A stretch of DNA of 64,000 bases from Hyphochytrium catenoides (Eukaryota > Protista > Hyphochytriomycota), in contig FLMG01001458.1 in NCBI GenBank assembly GCA_900088475.1, positions 52,153-116,152 on the forward strand, read 5' to 3'. The notes under the pieces are model-generated. The model was given only the letters and a program-made list of their open reading frames with translations, was not told where the DNA came from and did not search any database. Below are positions 14,320 through 26,571 of this stretch, one piece after another. Position numbers and translations under genes: made by a program. Within the stretch, counting starts at the first letter, position 1; the number at the start of each line of letters is the position of its first letter.

Positions 14320-15693
14320 CTATCGCCAAGTGCCTTTCCTTTGTGTTATGCGCAACCCTGTACTGGGATAAGGGCTGCTTCTGGCGGTGGACTGCCTACT
14401 CAAAGCGCCTACTACGCCACTTTTGCGCCACACCATCTCGTTCGTTCTGGTGTTAACATAAAATAACCTTCCTGGACTGGACTTACTTTGACAGACCTAA
14501 CATAGAAGGAAGGAGGTTACCTGTTAGTGCCTAGAGCGCGGTACAATGAAGTGCTTGACAGGCTCTTCTACAAGTTTAACCTAGGTGGCCCGTCCTATGA
14601 GGCAAGAAGCTTCCCCCGATAGATTGCATTCTTTGTGCCCTTTACTCATTCTATGCCCTTTAGTCAGGAACTTGGCAAATATTGTCTGTCTAATAGCTGT
14701 CGACCTTACCTTCCATCCCATTCCTATCGCACTAGCCTTCAATTTGTTCTCCTTATCAAACTCCTCAGGAGTGGAGTCATTCTCTGGGTCGTAAACTTCT
14801 TTGCCCGTTCCAAACCAGTGACCATCTGGCAGCCTAAACCTCTTCGAGTTCTGGTTCAATGAAAGTATTTTCCGAAAGGACGAGACACCGGAATCCCTCC
14901 GATAAGAGTGGAAGCACGCTACTCCTTTCAAATAATACAGTTTCGGCCAAATTGGGCAGATCTGTATGGCTCTATCTAAATCTTGAACAGCAGGATCGTA
15001 CATCTTGAGAGCTATTAGCGCTGACGCCCGGTTACAGAGTATTTTCACCAACATCAAACTCTCCGACATAGGCATCAAGCACTTTAAGGCAGCCGTGTAA
15101 TTCTCAACCGCTTCTCGATAAGCCGCCTCCCGCAGTGCTCGATCTGCATTTTCCAACAGACCCCCTAGCTTTTCTGCAGCAGTTTGATACGACGGCAAGC
15201 CAGGGACTGGAGAAACACTTTATTAGCACAATCTCGAAAAAAAGTATAAGATAGGGAGCAGACACAAGAAGGCAATGCTTCCGCAGAACGCTTTACATGG
15301 CTTACCTTCTGCTGACTTTGCCAAACTAATGTCTTCGCGAGGAACTGGACTGAAAAGATCTGAGATATGGTTGGTTTGTGGTAGGCGGCGTTTCCGTTCA
15401 TTTAGTTTCGGGCGGATTAAGCCCTCCGTTAGCTCACTGTCCATCTGTGCCTTGTGCCCCTGTGCTCCGCGTTCTCGAGGTTGTTCTTGTAGCCTCATAA
15501 TGCGTTGACCTTCCGACGCAGGAAAAGACCCTACCGGTGAAGCGCCCTGCCCAGTTCCTTCTTTCGATGTAGCCTCGGCACTATGCGACGCCATACCCTC
15601 CATTTCAGTGACAGCTTCGGAAGGCAAGAAACCATCGAGTACCTCATCGATGACCTTGCGGGAGTCATCTAACATGGCCATACTGGAAGGCAT
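14320..15693 (-). CDS. TPR-repeat protein, spliced; 3' end uncertain
   Basis: Exon 1 (15693-15306) joins exon 2 (from 15206) in frame through a GT-AG intron. TPR motifs: AYREAVENYTAAL, ILCNRASALIALKMYDPAVQDLDRAIQICPIWPKLYYLKGVAC. The stop could be at 14581, 14524 or 14320 depending on splicing. Confidence 0.7.
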
Positions 15694-18025
15694 CCCCACA
15701 ACCTCCCGCACGAGTCACCGCCGCCGGTTTCACCGCCGGTTTTCTCACCCACACGACCACTATCGTCCTGCCGCCATGACACTTACAAATAGCCACCTTG
15801 GAGCCAACTTAAGGCAGGAATGACTCAAACTCTATACGTAGCAGATAAGCAAGCCTTTGTTTTTTGCGAAGTCCAAGCCGTAGCTCCAAAACCCCTCAAG
15901 TTGCTCCAGATTACCACGTCGCTCGACGTCCCAGAGCGGTACGTCGGCCAATGCGATTAGCTCACCGACCCAAGGGGAACGAAGCTACAGCTAGTGCGGT
16001 CCGCTGCTACTCCGCTTGCGAGGAAGTGTATTTATGTCTGGTATTCTTGAGACTGTGACGTAAGCAATAAGCTAGGATCTTCAGTTTGCAGATGTGGGTG
16101 CGGACGGAGTTCCGGGGACGCCGGATTTTCTGCTATGCCCCAGACTTTCGGTTTGCAAGCTTTTGTATATCGGTATGGACCGTTCCCGCCACGGCGGAAA
16201 TGAATAAGGAAAGCGCGAAAATCAAAGGGGCAAAGGAATGTGGCGGCGGCGGGCAGCGAAGGAGGTGCAACTGAATGTGGAAATGGCGATTTTGAATATC
16301 AAATGGCCGCGTGAAGTTTATACCTCAATGTAAATTTCATGGCCGAATTTGTAGAATACTACAATAGGGATGTGAAGCTTTCAAACTGAAACCTTAAATG
16401 AAAGCTTGCAGGTCATGATGTGATGCTTCTTGGCCTTGTGTAATAAGTATTAGGGCTGGACATTCCTTGATGTTACATTGTGGACTTGCCAAGCCTACTT
16501 ATACTTGTGTAGGAAGCAACATAACCCCAAGGAACGGAACACTGAACATCAAGCTTCAAGGTAAACAACCACCTTATTTAATGAAGTTAATGAAAGGTTT
16601 TACCTCCAACTTATAGAGTTTGTCTCAGTTGATGATGATGGTGGTAGAGCTGGTCAACAGCAACTGGAGGAGCTACTGCTGAACCAGCAACTGCAACTCA
16701 TGAACCTTCATCTGCATGCTGGGGAGACGACACGCTGCGGATGCATCACTAGCTGAGGCCTCACCTTGTTTTGTTGTTGCCGCACACTCCTCTGCCGGGA
16801 TGCCCACGAGGACGGCGCAGTTGATCTATGCAGAGAGCTTGCACTACTCTTTGACTTACCCTCTTTCTCAGTGGACGACAATAAAACTTCCCATCAAAGA
16901 AAGGGACGGCGACAGCTGACGTTAGATAGCAGCACCTTTAGTTTTGAAGAACAATGTCGCCCATATTTCAAGAACAATTCTCGATGGCGTCACGGTTTGC
17001 CATCAGGTGACGTCCTTTCTTTAAGTTTAGAAGCTGTGCTATGTGGTACTTCAGCTCGCTAGCCATGGTGCTTTGGGTTCGGCCATTCTAATACAGCTTT
17101 TTTTATGGTGGTCAATGTGACGTGATCGAGGAGGTGGTAGAGGCTACATTATTTAACGTCAATATATGGAGCATTTTCTTCCTGGTTCAACCTAAACCTG
17201 TCGCACTGAAAGACTCTAACCTTTGACGAGCAGGCCAACAACTGCCTTACAGAGTGATCTACCGCTGACGAGCTAGCTAAAGCTGCGGCATCTAAACATC
17301 TCCCTTTAGCGAGCTAACCTCCTAGTATAATCATAACTTATCATTCCACTTATTTGCGTAGCAGGTAAGTTTATCCTGACCATAATGAGGCAGTTGCTGG
17401 GCAGGGGCTGAAGATGGAAAATAAGCTGGCTCTATGAAATGGTTCAAACAAGTCCAACCTAATCTCAGATGTCACCTCGAATATATCTCCAACCCACAAT
17501 TGCAAACATACCAACTGGAATACTTTGAGCTCACATGCGCTTCCGAAGAATGAAAATTGACCACTTGGAGGCTATCGCTATGCAAATCAATAAAAAACAG
17601 AAGAGCGTTGAGGTAGCGATGAACAGCACAGTTAATCACAACTTGGGAATATAGGCGGGGAAGACCAGGTCCGCCCAGTGGAGATGAGACGGTACGCTTG
17701 CTGAAGCCGGATTAGGACGATATGTGCTGGTGCAGTAAGCGCACAGCGCTGCAAGGCTAGAAGAACCCAAATTTTTCTTCGCAGCCATCGATCAGGCTAT
17801 CTAAGCAAGCTACACCCTTCGTTGCCCCAAAACCGGAACAATCCTTATAGCACAAAACTCCAACCCTTGCATGCCATTAACGCTACCGCAGTCTAGTAAG
17901 CTTAGAATCATTCATTCTTTTATCGACAAAAGCCTTGAACATGACCGCTATGGAGCCGAACATCACTTTATTGCAGTAGATAAACCTTTGCCAACCGGAA
18001 GAAACCAAGCGCCAACTTCGATCTC

Positions 18026-19002
18026 TTAAGCCTGAGCCTTCTCGTGCGCTCTGATGAGCTTGGAAAGAGGACCATGTGCAGCTACGTACTTGGCAGAGTT
18101 ACCGTCAGCAATGAGCTGTCCGTTAGCGCGCATCTGTGCATACTCTTCACGAGTATACTTTGTGAAACCCCACTTGAGAGATCCTACCACCTTCTGGCGG
18201 CCAGGGAACTTAAACTTAGCGCGGCGAAGAGCCTCCACAGCATTAGGGCCGTGAGAGTCCTTGCATCGCACAGAGATAAGGACCTGTCCAATGTTCACAC
18301 GAGCGGCGGTGCCAGTAGGCTTGCCGAACGCGTGTCTCATACCAGTCTGGAGCCTATCAGCTCCAGCACACGAAAGCATTTTGTTGATACGGAGAACATG
18401 ATAGGGGTGAGCGCGGATGCGAATGTGGTAGTTGTCCTTGCCGCAGGTCTTGGTGAGGTACTTGTTGCATGCAACACGCGCAGCCTCAAGAGCCTCGGAG
18501 GAGAGCTGCTCCTTCTCATCAGAAACGAGATGGGCTACGTAGGGGAAGGCATCTACAGAAGTCTTCTTGGCGCCAACATCATAGATTCTGATCTGTTAAG
18601 GGAGTCGCAGTAGAGAAGTAGCGGGTCAGCTTATAGAAAAGGTCGTCGAAGGAATAGATCGTCAAGTAAGGGAGGACAAGCATTCAGCAACAGTAAAGGC
18701 GTCCGGGGAACCACTCTTCTTCCAAGCACCCTAATCCACTGACCTTAGGATCAGGTACACCACGGCAAAACCGTGACTTGATGTACGGCTTCTTGTTCTG
18801 GAAGCGATAGCACCTGGCTGGACCTGAAAGCACAAGCGTTAGTTTGCTGAAGAATGAGTCATGACACTCTCTTGATCGCCACTATCTGTCAGAGAGAATG
18901 ACGAGAAAAAGAATAGGGAGTCCAGTCTAATACAGAGCTTGAAACAAAGAATAGGCCCCCAGATGACTATCTTCACTTCCATTGACACTTACGGCGACCC
19001 AT
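18026..19002 (-). CDS. RPL10: 60S ribosomal protein L10 (uL16), 3 exons
   Basis: Spliced translation [40 protein letters not shown]...[24 protein letters not shown]...[14 protein letters not shown] introns at about 18992-18824 and 18743-18593. Confidence 0.98.
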
Positions 19003-19770
19003 GGTTCCTAGGCAATAGTCTCTCCGATAATGGCAAGTGATCTCAATTTCAGCGAAGACCAGAGCGATGTCAAGCTCTGCTGATTCTGTCTGCGCTCTCT
19101 GCCGCTCACTGGTACCGCCCATCCTGCCACCCACCCGTTCCTTTCACGGTGTCGCCCATCCAGCCTATATTACTACTGATTGCTAATGGGCTTGAAGCAA
19201 GACAGAGGGTCATATTATTATTGCTGGTTTAACTCTTAGTTCTGCTCGAGCTGCCACCACCAAAATCGTCCGTCTTCCCCAGTGTTCTAAACAGTTCCAT
19301 GACCTCAGGGTTTGGAGACAGAAACGCATGGGGAAGACAATATGACGCACGGGCTTCACAGGCCAATGGGGTTGTAACAGATATTCGTCGTTAGCAGCTC
19401 TCCATTTGGAGGCGCTAACGGTAAATATTACTACCCCTTATGACCATGATATGCTTTGGCGGATAGACGTATTATTACGGTTTGTGTCTTTTCGCCTTAC
19501 TACTGCACTCTACAGACGCTTGTTAGGTAACGTATGGGGTCCCTACTACTACGAAGCGCCCGGACCACCACTCAAATCTCTTTTTATGGAGGATTATGGC
19601 TTATTCAGAGATCTGGAAAATTGTTGGAGCTTTGAAGCTCAATAACTTTGGAGGCTTCAGTTGCCATCCTGCAGAGTGTAGAGTGACCTCACAACAGCAA
19701 GGTAGGGCCATTCTTTGTTATTTGGGCAAGCAGGGTGATTCTTGCTCTGACCTCGTGACGACACAGAACC

Positions 19771-20525
19771 ATGGGTGCTTACAAGTACTTGGAAGAGCTT
19801 TGGAAGAAGAAGCAGAGCGATGTCCTTCGCTTCCTGCTTCGTGTGCGTGCTTGGGAGTACCGCCAGCTCCCCAAGCTGTACAAGTGCAACCGCCCAACCC
19901 GCCCAGACAAGGCTCGCCGTCTGGGATACAAGGCCAAGCAGGTTTGAGAAGGGTGGCCTTCTGCCTCAATTTACTTTGGAATTTAAAGGACCATCTTTAA
20001 TTGCTGTAGGGATATGTAATCTACCGCGTTGCCGTTCGCCGTGGTGGCCGCAAGCGCCCTAACCCTAAGGGTATTGTGTACGGAAAGCCCAAGCACCACG
20101 GTATCAACCAGCTCAAGTTTGTCAGGAACCTCCGTTCTGTTGCTGAGGAGCGTGCGGGCCGCCACTGCGGTAACCTTCGCGTCCTGAACTCCTACTGGAT
20201 TAACCAGGTATGTAACCCATGAGAATATTTTTTAGATCTATAGGCCTTACATAGCTCACAACATCTTTTTCCTTAGGATGCCACTTACAAGTACTATGAG
20301 GTTATCCTTGTTGATCCTAACCACAAGGCTATCCGCCGTGACCCACGCATCAACTGGATCGTCAAGGCTGTGCACAAGCACCGTGAAATGCGCGGCCTTA
20401 CCTCTGCTGGCCGCTCCTCACGTGGTCTCCGCAAGAAGGGCCACAGAGCTAACAAGATCATTGGTTCCTCCTGGCGCTCTAACTGGAAGCGCCGTAACAC
20501 CCTCTCACTCCGTAGATACAGATAA
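19771..20525 (+). CDS. RPL15: 60S ribosomal protein L15 (eL15), 3 exons
   Basis: [33 protein letters not shown]...[30 protein letters not shown]...[25 protein letters not shown]...[13 protein letters not shown]...LRRYR*. Two short GT-AG introns. Confidence 0.98.
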
Positions 20526-20832
20526 GTGCCTTAGAGGCATCAAGACTATGGTTGAGAAGTGGTGGTTGCTATGGATGGCAGTCACTCTCCAATAAAGCAT
20601 ATACTCTGCGCGAAAATGGTGTGATATGGTTGTATGTTTACTGATTCAGAGGCATGCCAATAGGTCACTGCTCCACGCAAATTGGACAAGAATATGATGG
20701 GGCTTCTAAATTGACGGCATCGTGGCTAGAGGACATGAAGTGGTCCAAATGTCCCCTGTTCATGTCAGCTGGTTCATAAGGGTATAAAGGAAGCCCCTGG
20801 TTAGAAGTCCAAGGGCGAGACAGCTTGGGACG

Positions 20833-22309
20833 TCATATCATGACGCGTACTGAAAGTCTAATGGACGCTACACAGAGCTCTACAGTGCCAGTAGAGCTAT
20901 AGTCTAAAACGAAGTAACCTATGTTCGCTACTTTGCTCTCGTGATGGAGGAAAAGGGAGGTAGCAGGCAACAACGCAGCAGCAATAGCAAGAACATCGGC
21001 GACGCATATGGGCACCTGCGACTTGCCAGTTTGTAGTCTAGGACCGGTGATATAGACTACTGGGCTTTCCCAGCGGTCGATTTGTCCTTCCAACGAGCTT
21101 GACAATAAAGGATAAGGGCTAAAATGAATCAATCTACCTAGGAAGCTGCTCACTAATTAGTGGGGGACGACCCAGACCAAGAAGATCAATATCCGTAGTT
21201 CTGGGACCAAGAGTAGCAGCTTAGCACCTTAAAGAAAGAATTGGCAGTAGCCCTCGCCTAGAAAGCAGCACATTGAAAGGAAAGATAAAAGCAACACATT
21301 GAAGGGAAGGTGTCTTCTTCTCATACTGTACTGTCATTCATCTCCCTGACAACCAGTGAGCAATAGTTGGAAAAAAGTTTACGATAAATTCACTCATAAT
21401 TATCTCACAGTAGGATGAAGCGGGACAGTACTGCGGACCCGTGCTGCTGGATGATGGTGTCTTGCTTCTTGCTGGCGGCTTTCATCTTTCTTGTCATCTC
21501 ATCATACTCATAAATGGGGAGCTACATGGGGAATCTCCTTCGCTCTAGAGATGGAAGTATGAGTACTATGAAGAATTGTAGAATTCTAGGCACAATCACG
21601 TAGGAAATTAACGAATGTCCTTTCAAATATTGTTACCCTCCTGTCATGAGGAAAATCCTGGTGGTTGGGGAGCTGCTCTTGATGCCAAGTTCTACCTCGC
21701 AGAGCCATGGCCGACCAGGTTTGGCAGCGATGAGAGTGACGATGGCGCTTCGTCGTTCTTCCGCTTTGAAGGACGCTGCTATGATAAGGGGCTCATCATA
21801 GAAATGACAAACCCTTGGCGTTTTTTCCATGAAAGAAGTCGCCGGATCATGTCGACATTGAGGGCATCCGCACGCAGCCGCACTTCGTTGTGCACAATTT
21901 CCCTAGCTTATTATTCTTATTAGTGAAAGGGGACAGTTTACCCCCCGCACATTATGGTGGGCAGTGCACTCGATCCATCGTAGATTTGATGCGCACTGTC
22001 TGTCGCACTTTGGTGAATGTTTGTAACATGGGTGTTGAGTGGTCCGACCGAGGCGAATTCGGATTAAATGTCACGTTAGAAAGATTCTTTCCCTAAAGAG
22101 GAAGAAATGATTCAGGATAGTGCATCGGAACAACTACATACAACGTTTGAGTCGTACATGTACGTAAGAGGCTTGGAGCGAAAGTCACAGATAGGGTGAG
22201 AGGGACGAGGATGGAAGACCATGGAATCATTGGAAGAGAGTGCACACAGCCAAACAGAGCCAATAAAAACAATGGCAAGCAGTAGGAAAAATTGTGCGGA
22301 TGTGCGCAT
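20833..22309 (-). CDS. Possible spliced hypothetical gene with signal-peptide-like N-terminus
   Basis: ATG at 22309 gives MRTSAQFFLLLAIVFIGSVWLCALS. Several short minus-strand open frames downstream are bounded by candidate AG/GT sites. No recognisable domain; exon chain not resolved. Confidence 0.25.
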
Positions 22310-22693
22310 TATGAAAGAGACAAAAGGTCATGGGGCAGGCCGGTGGAGGGAAGGAGGAAGAAGGAGAGACAGACGTACAGGGATGATGAATGTTCGGGGG
22401 TACAACCAATGGCTAATGTGTCAGACAGAGGGTAGATCGAGAGAGACAGAGTGTGGCGAGGATCAGTGACATCATCCTCCGCTGTCCCTGAAGCGAGAAC
22501 GTTGGATGTTGGTGGTTTCTCAATGGCCCAGCCAGCCTGTTCTTTCTCTCTCTGCGAGCTTCAAGCTCCCAGACTCACTTCTCTATCTTCCATTGATCGT
22601 GCAGCAGGTTCCCTTACAAGCCGTCGAAGCACTGTTATAGACTCGAAGTTGTTTTGAAGCTTTCTGCATCGGGAAGATAGCTGCTGAGGAAAT

Positions 22694-25198
22694 ATGGGCG
22701 TCCCGGACCAGGCGGTTGAAACAACTGGCGAACCTGCAGCGCACTATGAAGCTCCACTTTCGCCCAAGATCCCTGACAACCTTGAGGCAGGAGGTGATCA
22801 GCGAACTGTCTCGGTTACGTTTATGAGCCATGCAACGGTTCTACTTAAGTGGGAGAACGTTGCCTACGACGTAGAAATAAAGAACTCGGTGACAAAAAAA
22901 ATGGAAAGCAAGACTATTCTGAAGCCGATGACGGCATACGCTCGTCCGGGAGAACTCCTTGTCATTATGGGCCCAAGGTAAAGTCCAATGGACAAAGTTT
23001 TAGGCGATGTGGAAGTTATCGCTAACATAATTGGCCCGTTTGCGTTTCGTGTCCGCAATCTGATCCTCTTCATGCAGTGGTGCGGGGAAGACGTCTCTTT
23101 TGAACATTATTTCAGGAAGGAATAAGTTTCATAAGGGTTCAGTTACCCTTAACGGACTGCCTTGGAACAAGAAGATGAGGAAACTATCCTCCTATGTACA
23201 GCAGGATGACATGTTCTTTGGAGAGCTCACGGTGCTTGAGCACCTCACTTTCCAAGCGGAGCTGAGGATGGACGAGTCTGTCTCGAAGGAGTACAAGGCC
23301 GCAGCAGTGAAACAGGTGATGGAGGAGCTAAATCTTACCAAGACGAAGGACTCCATGATTGGGACGCCAGGGAAAGTCCGTGGTATATCTGGAGGAGAAC
23401 GGAAGAGACTGGCTATTGCCAGTGAGATCCTCGTTGACCCTTCCCTGATGTTCGTTGATGAACCCACCTCAGGTTAGTCAGTCTCTCCTGTGCTTTATAA
23501 GCTGTCGTGCTCTATGCAGAGTGCTGACGCTTTCGTTCTTACTGTGTATACATAACGTGCGCTTCTGATGCTTGTGACACTTACCCGCATCCGATGTCTT
23601 CTGTTGTCCACAGGTCTGGATTCATTTATGGCTGAACAGGTTGTACAGCAGCTGTACCAATTAGCACAGGGAAGCAGAACCATTGTGGCAACCATCCACC
23701 AGCCCTCTTCAGGTAACAGTCCGTTCTGTCGGGTGTAGTTGACATACACTCACTTTCTCTTCCATTTTATAATATGCCTCTCTCTATTCTTCTCTGCCTT
23801 TCTGTCACAGATGTCTTCGCCCTGTTTGACCGGCTTCTGCTGGTTGCGGACGGGAGAATGGCTTACTTTGGAAAGGCTGCGGATGCTATCGCGTACTTTG
23901 GCAACATTGGCTATCCTTGCCCTTCGTACAGCAATCCTGCTGACTACTTTATGAAGCAGCTCTCTATCATCAGCACGGACTTAGACGAAAGCAAGAAAAG
24001 AGTGAAGCAGATTTGTGATGAATACGATGTCAATGCGGCCACAGCTGCGGAGGCCAAGGCCAACGCGGCGAACCCTATATCTGATGCAGGAGACATGGGA
24101 AAATTTTTGGAGGATCCGCAGACAGCTAAAACGTACAAGACGTCCTTCAAGAAGCAGATGATAGAGCTTACCAAGCGCTTTGCCGTTTGCACTATCAGAA
24201 ACCCCCTTTCCTTCCGGGCGAAGATAGGTCAAGCTCTCTTTTTGGGTGTCCTTGTGGGGTTAATTTACCTACAGGTCGACAACTCTCCTCAGGGAGTGCA
24301 AGACTTCAACGGTGCTCTATTCTTTATTGTCGTTAACCAGGCCTTCTCCAACACTATTCCTGTCGTTCAAAGCTTTCCAACGGTTCTCCCTCTCTTCCTG
24401 AGAGAGCACCAGGCGGGGATGTACTCGGTTGGAGCTTTCTTCACAGGGCTGACTACGTCTGATATACCCTTTCAAATACTCTGGTAAGTCTTCACGATGC
24501 TCTATGTCACTTGGCACCTGTCTTTGATCTTTATGTGTGAGAGGAAAGCCCTATGACTTAGTAGTTCCTGTCTTATCTCCGACTATCCTATGCAAGAACA
24601 CCTGCTTATTTTGCGCATGAGTGTCCCTGCTCTATGTAATCTTTAGTGCTCCATCCAACGAAAGTACTAATGGGACTTCGTCCATTCTAGGCCAGTGCTT
24701 TTTGGAACAGTGGCGTACTGGATGATCGGCTTCAGCGATAGCTTCACAAACTTCCTGATCTTCCTGGTTATCATAGTCCTCATTTCCAACACCGCTATCT
24801 CTCTGGCATATATGATCTCATGTGTCGCCCCCACAGTAGAGCTTGCGTTGGTTCTGACCCCATTGATCATCCTACCCTTTATGCTCTTTGGCGGGTTCTT
24901 CGTCAACGAGGGCAGCATCCCCGCGTACTTTTACTGGCTATCGTACATCTCTTTTATACGCTACGGTTTCCATGCTGCTGCGGTCAATCATTGGAAGGAT
25001 TTTGGACCCATCCCGTGCCCTCCAGGTTCCGAGGTGTGCTACAAGGATGGGTTGGCAGTGCTGAACCTCCTAAAAATTGACCCTGATGATCTGTGGCTAG
25101 ACTTGGTGGTGCTCATTATCATGATGGTGGGGTTCCGCATACTGGCCTACATATTCCTTCTCCTGAGGACAAGGAGGGCTGAAAAGACTGTAGCTTAG
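22694..25198 (+). CDS. ABCG (white-like) half transporter, 5 exons
   Basis: NBD-TMD order. Walker A GPSGAGKTS is split by intron 22978-23077. Also YVQQDD, signature [13 protein letters not shown], Walker [14 protein letters not shown]-loop TIHQPS, NPADY, and TMD motifs [10 protein letters not shown] and [24 protein letters not shown]. Confidence 0.95.
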
Positions 25199-26571
25199 AC
25201 TTGCGCGCCTTGACATTCTGTTAATTATCTGGGTAATAGAAAATACTTCGTATCATGTAGACCTATGTCTTTGATGAAAAGCCAGAAGAGGCAACTCAAA
25301 CATTTTTACAGCCAAAACCATTAATTCTTATTTTTTAGTCATCGTCACCTTGTGATGCTGCTGCTCATGCTGCTCCATACTGAAGACCAATTTAAGGCTA
25401 AGAGGCACGGAGAACGGTAATATCAGGTGCAGTGAAAGAGCGCAATAAGAGGAATGGTGGATCGAGCTCTCTTCTAGTAGCCTCTCTGAAACAAGAGACT
25501 CTATTCATCAAGGTCAGATGAGCTCTTCTCCATCTAAACTTGAAGGTGACTTTGATGTCCAGTCCAATTCTTCTAGCAACGGTTCTCAACCTCAACAAAG
25601 ATCATAATAGCCGCCAACATCACAAATCTTCAGAAAGATGCTGGAGGCAACTGACGAAAAAGCAGGGGCATGGCATCACTTTGAAGATGACCGACGCCAG
25701 GCCTGTGCACCTCTATCACCTTGACCTAGTAGTCCAACATATACCCAGACCCTGGACGGACCCACAAACAAGAAAGATGTATTCAACCAACAACAACGGA
25801 AGCTCTTTGCAAGTTGTTGGAGACCGAATAATCCGATGATAAAGTTCGTTTCAATGCCTTCCTCCAGTTATTGAGAGACAACGAGGTGGAGTTTTCCAGG
25901 TCCTTTATTGCCTATCGTTGAAAAAACTGATTGCTGAAGAGATCACCGTTGAGATCAAGATTTGGTTATCGGAGGAAAGCTCGAACAGTGATAAATAAAT
26001 GATGCGGTCAGTTCCTCCTCCCTCTGCTCTCTGCGCTCTGTCTCGCCTCTCGCAAAAGGGCAAACAAAGTGATGCAGCAATGGGAAAGAAAAAGAAACCA
26101 GCGTCAGAAGAAGCTTCGGATGTGGAAGATGTGAAGCTTCTCTCACGCTGCTGCTCCCAAGCAAGGTCGCGATGGCTCCTTCGTCTGCTAGCATCGTGTC
26201 CTAAGTGTCAAAGGGACAACATAGCCGCCTCGCCAAAGAACAATACTTTGTGCATGTGCTGCCAAGGGTATGGGCTCCTCCTTCCTTCATGCCACGATTA
26301 AAGCTGGTCCCGCAGCAAGGCTTAGCTAGCTAGGAATACTTCTTGTCAGCGTCGCGCAGGGGCAAACGATCTGGATATCAAGTTATCTCTCTTTGTGATG
26401 GGAGAGTATGTGACCTAAGCCGACTCTCATTACTGGGTTCTTCCGCTGCCGTCCACCCTGCTATGGCTGAAGAGAGGTAGCCTGTACGTTCAAGCCAGGC
26501 CGGATTGACATCGTCCCGATCCAGGCAGTCCCAACTTGAAGTGCCCTGAGCTCGGATCGCTCTTCGAGGTC

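Noticed and set aside
18044-18613. 189-aa plus-strand ORF
   Set aside because: Antisense shadow of RPL10 exon 3; similar shadows overlap the 2738-aa gene and ABCG.
18593-18992. Intronic snoRNAs in RPL10; C/D-like boxes near 16630-16682
   Set aside because: No convincing box C/D pair with terminal stem or recognisable rRNA guide; needs a covariance-model search.
25400-26000. Coding-like fragments between ABCG and the USP gene
   Set aside because: Short frames with stops in all phases and no recognisable motif; possibly a relic but unsupported.
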